Below, in pieces: positions 57,237 to 64,000 of a stretch of 64,000 nucleotides of DNA. This stretch comes from an uncultured Clostridia bacterium (GTDB lineage Bacteria; Bacillota; Clostridia; Tissierellales; Dethiosulfatibacteraceae). The translations under genes and the position numbers were made by a program. Every line of letters starts with the position of its first letter. Within the stretch, counting starts at the first letter, position 1. The notes beneath the pieces were generated by a model that was given only the letters and a program-made list of their open reading frames with translations, had not been told where the DNA came from and did not search any database. The stretch spans positions 2,079 to 66,078 of the forward strand of contig CAKMKB010000144.1 in the NCBI GenBank assembly GCA_927435965.1, read 5' to 3'.

Positions 57237-59333
57237 TTGAGAAAGATAAAAATAATCGTTTTTGCTAGTGCCTTATTATTCATAATGGCATTATCATCAG
57301 GCAATATTGGTATGGATGCAGAGGCTACAACTATTAAACTTTTGGTTGATGGCAACGACATAACATCTTTATCCAGTCCTTTGATAGTCAATGACAGAAC
57401 ACTGGTCCCAATTAGATTCGTTACTGAAGAAATTGGTGCTGAGGTTATGTGGGATGGCATTAATAGAACAGTTAGTGTTGTTAAAGGAAATAAAAGTGTA
57501 TTTTTGAGAATTGACAGCTATCTGGTGGAATATAACAATGGCGAACTGCATCAACTCAGTGACGTTGCGCCATTAATCATCAATGATAGAACCTATGTGC
57601 CATTGAGGCTTATAAGTAATGCATTTGGTATTGGGATAGAGTGGGATGAAGCTTCAAGGACTGTTATGGTTGATTCGAGAAAGACATCTGTTATGGAAAG
57701 CTTTCATGATGTCAATATAACCTCATTGACCTCTAATCAGATAATTGATGGTAAGACTACTATAACCGTCAGTATTGGAGATAAGTACAAGGGGATTGCA
57801 AAGGAAGTCAAATTGCTTCTTCTAGATAAAGAATCAGCTACCGGTTTTGTCGTGTCTGGCGAAAAACAATTGACCAGTTCACTTGTTTACATTCCTTCTA
57901 TAGAAGAAAATGGCGCAAAGATAATGGCTGTTGCCCTATATGACGAAAACGGAAGATTTGTTGCAGGTGACACTCGTGCGGTAAGGATAGATGTTAAACC
58001 ACAATTGACGATTAGTGGAATTAGTGATTATGGTATTTATAATGACTCCGTCACATTTTCACCTGAAGTCGATTTTGTACCAACATATGTTGACTATGAA
58101 CTGACAAAGCTTGACAACAATCGTGTGACAAGCATAAGAGAGAGAGATCCCTTTGGATCATATACTTGGACGCCGGGTAAGGAGTCGGAAGGAAACTACA
58201 ATCTCAGGATGATAGCATATGATAAATCTGGCAAAGCTTATGAAAGCAAAACATACACATTTACCATTTTGGTGGAGCGATATCTTTCTTTAAGAGGTGT
58301 CACTAAGGATATGGTGATTGATAGGCCTGTTACACTGATAGGATCCAGAAATTTTGATGTGACAGAGACACAATACATCATCAAGGATTTGAACACAGAA
58401 GTGGAGAGCGTGTTGACCACAATTCCATATGGTGGATATACATGGTTTCCAGGGGAGGAGTACTCAGGCAATAAAGCCTTGATGGTCCGAGTTAAGGATA
58501 TTTATGGTGTAACACGAGACAGCAGTTTTATTCCTGTAAATATTGATGGGTCTCCAAGAGTTCAACTCAGAGGAGTAGGACCTAATCAGGTTTTGACAGG
58601 CGAAGCCAAACTTAGCATCAATGCCAACGCAGATTTTGAAAGTGTTAATTATATTTTGACCAACAATAGTACAGGGACAAAAAGAATTATCTCGCAGGGA
58701 GCAAATCCCAAAGATGAGATTATCTACAAACCAATGACAACCGACGGGCAAAATGTATCAATCATTGCGGAAGCTCTATACAACGGTAATAAAATTTATT
58801 CAGAAAGCATTTCATTCAGAGTATTTATGGGCGAACTGTATGGACCAAAAGCGATAATTGAAAAGGATAAGTTCCTTGATTTCGCATCGGACATGGCAAA
58901 AAAATCATTTGAGAAAACAGGAATGTCTGCCGCATTGCAAACGGCACAGGCTATATTGGAAACAGGTTGGGGACAGAGCTTACCTGTTGATAAATACACT
59001 GGCAAATTCTCATACAATTTGTTTGGAATAAAGGGTTCATCAACCAATGGATCCGTGACATCCAATACTTGGGAAGTATACAATGGCATAACCTATAGAG
59101 TTGATGCAGGTTTTAGAGCATACAACAATGTACAGGAAAGCTGGGACGACCATAAAGGTATACTGTTGAATCTTGACAGATATAAACCTTTCAGGGATGT
59201 CATGTACCATAGTAGCCTCGGTGCTTGGGCAGTAAGACGAGCCGGTTATGCGACAGATCCTCAATATCCATTGAAGCTGATGAGGATTATAGAGCTGTAT
59301 GATTTAAAAGAACTAGATAGAATAAAAATATAA
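57237..59333 (+). CDS. secreted cell-wall hydrolase: two copper-amine-oxidase-N-like domains, Ig-like repeats, C-terminal GH73 N-acetylglucosaminidase
   Basis: TTG 57237 is 8 nt after GGGAGG; signal peptide follows. Stalk repeats (PLIVNDRTLVPIRFVTEEIGAEVMWD; PLIINDRTYVPLRLISNAFGIGIEWD). GH73 motif AQAILETGWGQS .. YNLFGIKG .. YATDPQYP. Confidence 0.85.
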   Translation: MRKIKIIVFASALLFIMALSSGNIGMDAEATTIKLLVDGNDITSLSSPLIVNDRTLVPIRFVTEEIGAEVMWDGINRTVSVVKGNKSVFLRIDSYLVEYNNGELHQLSDVAPLIINDRTYVPLRLISNAFGIGIEWDEASRTVMVDSRKTSVMESFHDVNITSLTSNQIIDGKTTITVSIGDKYKGIAKEVKLLLLDKESATGFVVSGEKQLTSSLVYIPSIEENGAKIMAVALYDENGRFVAGDTRAVRIDVKPQLTISGISDYGIYNDSVTFSPEVDFVPTYVDYELTKLDNNRVTSIRERDPFGSYTWTPGKESEGNYNLRMIAYDKSGKAYESKTYTFTILVERYLSLRGVTKDMVIDRPVTLIGSRNFDVTETQYIIKDLNTEVESVLTTIPYGGYTWFPGEEYSGNKALMVRVKDIYGVTRDSSFIPVNIDGSPRVQLRGVGPNQVLTGEAKLSINANADFESVNYILTNNSTGTKRIISQGANPKDEIIYKPMTTDGQNVSIIAEALYNGNKIYSESISFRVFMGELYGPKAIIEKDKFLDFASDMAKKSFEKTGMSAALQTAQAILETGWGQSLPVDKYTGKFSYNLFGIKGSSTNGSVTSNTWEVYNGITYRVDAGFRAYNNVQESWDDHKGILLNLDRYKPFRDVMYHSSLGAWAVRRAGYATDPQYPLKLMRIIELYDLKELDRIKI

Positions 59334-59356
59334 TTATTGAACTTAATTTTTGAATA

Positions 59357-59396
59357 GAAAAACGAGCTGTGGGAATATATCACAGCTCGTTTTGGT
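59357..59396. terminator. bidirectional terminator
   Basis: aaaacgagctgtg / cacagctcgtttt, 13-bp stem with a 9-nt loop. Confidence 0.8.
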
Positions 59397-59404
59397 TTAA
59401 TATC

Positions 59405-60784
59405 TTATTTATTCTTATAAATCATTCTCAGATAGGATTTTTCAAAACCCATCTTTTCATATAATTTAATGGCACGATTATTATTTCTTTCCACATGGAG
59501 TGAAATCTTACCATTTGAAGTTTCAATTGCTTTAGTCAGTAGCTGTGTAGCAATGCCTCTCCCTTTGATAGATCTTTTGGTTGCGATATAACCCAGGTGG
59601 TAAGTGGGAATAAACACTTCAAATCCTGTGTGAATGACTACAGTAATCCCAGCAAGCTCATTGTTGAAGAATGCCATGATAACAAATCCATCTTGGAAAG
59701 CTGATTGAATAGCTTCTTTAATTTCGTAACGGGGATCTGTGTATTCCATCATCCACTCATCTAAAGTATCTATCAACTCATCTATAGACATATCTAGTTC
59801 GTTTATGTCGACTTTACGTACATTTAGGTCTACCCGGCCATCATTTAAGATTATGACATGATTTCCGTTGGTTATATTACCTTTTTCAACTTCTTTCATG
59901 AAACCTGCTATGGCGTATCCTTGCTCCGTGCTGAACTTCACTTTTTCAAGTTCTTTAAACTTAGCTGTGTATCTGATTAGTTCTTCTTCACTAATTCCTG
60001 TTATAGTACCATTAGCATCATAAATCGATTCCAGAGCGTCTTGAGCGATTGTACTGTCAAAATTAAGAAGATGTTTATTATTTTTATTGAGTTTTATTGT
60101 TGACTCTTTTAATGGTATGATTTTAGAGCTTTTTCTTTTGAAGGATTCGTAGATAACATTACCATCGTTGATTGTACAGCTATATAATTTGGGGAGCTTA
60201 TCGATTATATCGTTGTTCCATAAAGATCTGAAACCTAAACTAATTCCTGATGTGCTAAATCCATAGCTCATTAGTGAAAAAACAGAGTCTATATCATCTG
60301 TTATCTGATTGTTGAGTTCGGTTGAGATAGCAGACAATGCAGTCATATTCAAAATATTGTTGTCAATACCTAAAGTAGCATTGTACCAACCTTTTTCATT
60401 ACAAATCTTTTCACTATATTTAATTCCTTCGGCCTGATTCTTACCATAGTGAATAATTTCTATGTTGTCAGGCTCATATTTAGCGCTTCTTCTTGATCTC
60501 GTCTTAACGGGATAAATCAGAACAACCTTTAAATCCTTATAATATTGACTCAGTACAGCTAGCGATCTTGAAAGACTTCCGTATCCAGCTACACAAATTG
60601 TTCTTTTGTTGATTGCGAGGGCATCCTTTATCAATAAGTGAGCAACCCTGTCTATTCTATTACCTGATGGATTATTTCCCTCAAGTTTAAGATAAATTTT
60701 CGAAACACCTAAATATTTTTCTAGCTTTTCAGCCCTAAGAATGGGCGTTTTTCCTACCATGTTAATAATTGTGTTTTTATTCAT
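59405..60784 (-). CDS. PLP-dependent-enzyme-fold (PALP, CysK/threonine-synthase-like) domain fused to C-terminal GNAT acetyltransferase
   Basis: N-terminus VGKTPILRAEKL..IYLKLEGNNPSGNRIDRVAHLLIKDA aligns with IGNTPL..KLExxNPxGSxKDR. C-terminal GNAT core YIATKRSIKGRGIATQLLTKAIE. Confidence 0.7.
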   Translation of the reverse strand: MNKNTIINMVGKTPILRAEKLEKYLGVSKIYLKLEGNNPSGNRIDRVAHLLIKDALAINKRTICVAGYGSLSRSLAVLSQYYKDLKVVLIYPVKTRSRRSAKYEPDNIEIIHYGKNQAEGIKYSEKICNEKGWYNATLGIDNNILNMTALSAISTELNNQITDDIDSVFSLMSYGFSTSGISLGFRSLWNNDIIDKLPKLYSCTINDGNVIYESFKRKSSKIIPLKESTIKLNKNNKHLLNFDSTIAQDALESIYDANGTITGISEEELIRYTAKFKELEKVKFSTEQGYAIAGFMKEVEKGNITNGNHVIILNDGRVDLNVRKVDINELDMSIDELIDTLDEWMMEYTDPRYEIKEAIQSAFQDGFVIMAFFNNELAGITVVIHTGFEVFIPTYHLGYIATKRSIKGRGIATQLLTKAIETSNGKISLHVERNNNRAIKLYEKMGFEKSYLRMIYKNK

Positions 60785-60943
60785 AGACTCCTCCTTTATT
60801 TGGTTCTAACCTTAATAATATCGCATTTTTGAGCATTTGTAAAATTTCTGTCCTTGAACAAAAGAATTTATACTGATTTTTGTGGGAAATGCGCTATAAT
60901 AAAACTGAACAAAAAATGGAGATCAATCTAGAGGTGAATAGAG

Positions 60944-61969
60944 ATGAAGACAAAAGGCAAGTTGTTGATATTATTGATTCTGTTAGTCCTCATTATAATT
61001 TTTTCGGCTGGATGCATGAGTAAGGAAGAGAAAGAGGAAATCAATAGGATGATTGCAGAAATTGATAACATAGGCATGGTTACTCTTGAAAGCGATAATA
61101 AGATCATTGGCATAGAAACTGATTATGAGAATTTAAGCGAGAAACAGAAAAGAGAAATAACTAATCACAGCAACTTGGTCAGTGCCAGAAATGAACTGGA
61201 GAGATTAAAAGAACTGGAAAACCAGCGTTTAGAAGCAGAAAGGTTACGCCTCGAAGAAGAAAGACTTAGATTGGAAGCGGCAATAAATGCATGCGTTCGT
61301 GTTGCGGAGTTGATTTCAGAAGGCGATTTCGAATCAGCAATAAGTCAATTTAGTGCCTTAGATGATGAAACCCTAAAGGCTGGCAAAGATAGAATTGACG
61401 AAGCATTTAATATAGTAGTCGATATGAATAAGATAAATAGCAGTTTTGATAAGGTATTGGGAACATTGGATGTATTTCATGAGTTGGAATATTTGGGACA
61501 AGCCTTATCGATCGATGAAAGTAGCGTGCACTATAAATCGTTACAGTATGTTAAAGATGTGCTGGATTTTGAAGAAAAATATAGCCCTTATAAAGCGGCT
61601 ATTGATTTGTACTTGTCGGATGACGTTAGTATTCTGACAGGAAGCATACTTAACGCATCTAGGTATTTGGAACCCGATAAGTGGGGAGAAGCGTTGCCTT
61701 TTCTTGAGCAAACTATTGCTATAATGAACAAAATAGATTTTGCAAAATACGGACTTGAAAACTACGGAATCCAAGAAGCCGAAGATGTGAAGAAAGAGTA
61801 CACAGAAGCCTTGAGTCATATACTGTCATCAGTCCAAGCAATGGACCTTGCAGGTGTGGAAACTGGCATCAACCTTTTTCATGAGGTTTCTGTAAAAGTC
61901 ATGGCATTTAATGATGAATTAATTGCCATCATAGATGACATGAAATATGATTTAAAACTAATGCAATGA
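60944..61969 (+). CDS. hypothetical lipoprotein with coiled-coil segment
   Basis: Signal peptide plus lipobox FSAGC; RLEAERLRLEEERLRLEAA heptad-like stretch. Confidence 0.6.
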   Translation: MKTKGKLLILLILLVLIIIFSAGCMSKEEKEEINRMIAEIDNIGMVTLESDNKIIGIETDYENLSEKQKREITNHSNLVSARNELERLKELENQRLEAERLRLEEERLRLEAAINACVRVAELISEGDFESAISQFSALDDETLKAGKDRIDEAFNIVVDMNKINSSFDKVLGTLDVFHELEYLGQALSIDESSVHYKSLQYVKDVLDFEEKYSPYKAAIDLYLSDDVSILTGSILNASRYLEPDKWGEALPFLEQTIAIMNKIDFAKYGLENYGIQEAEDVKKEYTEALSHILSSVQAMDLAGVETGINLFHEVSVKVMAFNDELIAIIDDMKYDLKLMQ

Positions 61970-64000
61970 AATGTTGTTGCGGCCTGTTTTTTTAGCCTTA
62001 TATAAGGACAGGTCGCTTTTTTCAATCAACTGTTCAGGTGTGGAACCAACCTCAGGAATCATAGTTGCACAACCGATGGAGGTAGTCAGGTGTCGTGATA
62101 AACTTGATCCTTCGTGTTCAATCGCTGCATCCCTTATTGCTGACAGTAAAGAATCTGCAACTTGCATGGCACCAAGACGATCAGTATTACTAAGCAATAC
62201 TAAAAATTCATCTCCTCCAAAACGAACCACTAAGTCACAGCTTCGTTTGACATTCTTTTCTAATAGGTTAGCGATTGTTTTTAACGCCTCATCCCCGGCA
62301 AGGTGACCGTATAAATCATTATATTCCTTAAAGTAATCGATATCGACCATCAGAACCGACAAAGGCTCCTGGTTTCTCATTGCATAATACCAAAGGTTGG
62401 AAATGGTTTCGTTAAAATGTCTTTTATTGTAAATGCCTGTCAAGCCGTCTTTTTTTGACAGTGAAGAGAGTTCTCTGTTTAGTGATTGCATATCCTCAGC
62501 ATTTTTTGCGTTGCTAATGGCAATGGATAAATAGGAAGCCACAGTACCTAATGTAGTCAAGGTATTGTCATTATATACATTCTCTATTTTACTTTGGACA
62601 GTTAAAACACCAATGGTATTTCCGCTGAGGATTAGAGGTTGAAACATAAAAGCAGGCATAGCCTTGCCAAAACTTGAGCTTCTCCCATCAGTATATTTTG
62701 AGGTGTCCTCATTCATTGAGTTGATGATAAATGCATCTGTATTTTTAAAGCAATAGACAGCAAAACTAGTTTTTTGGTCTAATGGTAAAGAAGTTGATTC
62801 TAGTAAAGTATCATCCTCCACCAAATACTGATATTCAATGGTATTGTTAGCTTTGTTAAAAAGAGCAATGCCAAAAACATCACAAGGCATCAAGTTTTTG
62901 ATTTGCTGATTGATTGATCTGTAAATCGTAGGTAAGTCTAGCGTTGATGTCAATTGTTTGCCAATATCACTAACAGCTTCCATGGTAGTGTAAGCTTCCC
63001 GAAGATGTTTGGTTTGCAGTTCAAGCTCTGCGTTCAAAATACGATAAGATTCCTTTTCCATTTCTGTTAAAGCGGCTTCTTTTCGAAATTTGATATTTCT
63101 AAGTTTCTGTTGTTTTTCTTCATCATCTATTATTTTTTTTGTCGTTAAGGCCTTATGTGAAAAATGCAATGTCTGTTCGATATCTCCTATAGCCCGATTC
63201 ACTTCAGACAATTGATGAAAAACAATGTATTGAAGGGATTTGGCATCCATGGTTTCTGCCATAGCTAAAGACTTTTGGAGATACTCTTTGGCGGTGATGT
63301 ATTGTTTTTTTTCAAAATAGACCTTGCTAAACTCTACATAGATTTCAGCAATATGGAATTTTTCCTTTGTTTCCTCATAGATTACCAGGCTATCATTGAG
63401 GTAAGCAAGAGCCTTATCATATTGACCTCTCTTCTTTTCTATGAGCCCTAAATAACTCTTACATATGGATTGTATCATCTTGTCATTATCTTTTTGAGCA
63501 ATTATCAAAGATTTATTGGCATAAAGTGTCGCCTTGTCTAAATCATCCAATTCCAAGTATGTCGCACATAGATTGGACATAGGAATAGATAAAAACCTGA
63601 AATCTTCAATATTTTGCTGCGTCTCTAAGGCTCGTTGATAATAAGATAATGCTGAATCAAAATCACCCAGTGTCCTAAAAACCTCGCCAATATTGTTCAA
63701 AACTCTTGATTCGACGGTTCTATTATTTGTCTTTATTGCATGATTAAGGCTTCTCTGATAAAAATCAAAGGACTTATCAAATATTTCAAGATACAGATAT
63801 ACACTACCCAAAGCATTGAAAATTTCCGATTCCAAATCAAGATCGGACTTGTTTTCTTCCATTGCGTTCAGTAATAGCTTTTCAGAATCCTGGATATTTC
63901 CGAGTCGAAGAAGAGCTCGACCTTGTAGAAAAAGGCTTTTAGCGATGCCTTTTTGATAATTAAGCGAGAGAGCCAGTTCATATGCTTCTTTAGCAATATA
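61958..64000 (-). CDS. TPR-GAF-GGDEF diguanylate cyclase, 5' end off-window
   Basis: The frame stays open from 63862 to nt 64000 (..AKEAYELALSLNYQKGIAKSLFLQGRALLRLGNIQDSEKLLLNAMEEN..), so the start lies beyond the window. TPR-like repeats, a GAF-like middle region, GGDEF domain (LTGIYNKRHF, RFGGDEFLVLL) with an RSCD I-site-like motif. Confidence 0.85.
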   Translation of the reverse strand, partial: YIAKEAYELALSLNYQKGIAKSLFLQGRALLRLGNIQDSEKLLLNAMEENKSDLDLESEIFNALGSVYLYLEIFDKSFDFYQRSLNHAIKTNNRTVESRVLNNIGEVFRTLGDFDSALSYYQRALETQQNIEDFRFLSIPMSNLCATYLELDDLDKATLYANKSLIIAQKDNDKMIQSICKSYLGLIEKKRGQYDKALAYLNDSLVIYEETKEKFHIAEIYVEFSKVYFEKKQYITAKEYLQKSLAMAETMDAKSLQYIVFHQLSEVNRAIGDIEQTLHFSHKALTTKKIIDDEEKQQKLRNIKFRKEAALTEMEKESYRILNAELELQTKHLREAYTTMEAVSDIGKQLTSTLDLPTIYRSINQQIKNLMPCDVFGIALFNKANNTIEYQYLVEDDTLLESTSLPLDQKTSFAVYCFKNTDAFIINSMNEDTSKYTDGRSSSFGKAMPAFMFQPLILSGNTIGVLTVQSKIENVYNDNTLTTLGTVASYLSIAISNAKNAEDMQSLNRELSSLSKKDGLTGIYNKRHFNETISNLWYYAMRNQEPLSVLMVDIDYFKEYNDLYGHLAGDEALKTIANLLEKNVKRSCDLVVRFGGDEFLVLLSNTDRLGAMQVADSLLSAIRDAAIEHEGSSLSRHLTTSIGCATMIPEVGSTPEQLIEKSDLSLYKAKKTGRNNISLH

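Noticed and set aside
1-64000. Search for mobile elements, integrases, tRNA/rRNA genes, toxin-antitoxin pairs or known defence genes
   Set aside because: No transposase, recombinase, reverse-transcriptase, nuclease-helicase or Cas-like motifs were recognised in any long ORF, and there were no tRNA-like GC-rich cloverleaf segments. This was assessed by eye only.

Overview
AT-rich, Firmicutes/Clostridia-like chromosomal segment with about 58 protein genes. I found no rRNA, tRNA, CRISPR array, transposase, integrase or phage gene. Recognisable content: (i) c-di-GMP and two-component signalling at both edges (a hybrid histidine kinase running off the 5' end, a REC-PAS-PAS-GGDEF-HD-GYP protein, and a TPR-GAF-GGDEF protein running off the 3' end); (ii) many small accessory genes (five alpha/beta hydrolases, four GNATs, two SGNH hydrolases, GyrI-like, PadR, TetR and AraC regulators, a radical SAM enzyme); (iii) envelope genes (ddl-murF, a GH73 autolysin, a GT2 plus GtrA-YfhO glycosylation pair, a sortase-type acidic surface protein); (iv) transporters (P-type Ca-ATPase, MFS, ECF cbiMQO, Opp-type ABC). 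Most unusual loci, best first. (1) At 10347-16772, an Opp/Dpp-type ABC operon has no binding-protein gene. Both of its permeases are fused to extracytoplasmic M28/PA aminopeptidase-like domains whose metal and catalytic residues look substituted. One of these genes is split by a 1-nt frameshift in an A6/T6 run. (2) At 43372-43955, a cryptic minus-strand unit consists of an extended -10 promoter, about nine degenerating 33-bp tandem repeats, a 37-codon ORF and a strong terminator. (3) A PLP-fold/GNAT fusion lacks the Schiff-base lysine. (4) A SARP/BTAD regulator carries a degenerate GGDEF-like domain and sits next to a PAS protein and the acidic surface protein. All domain calls rest on hand-recognised motifs, not database searches.
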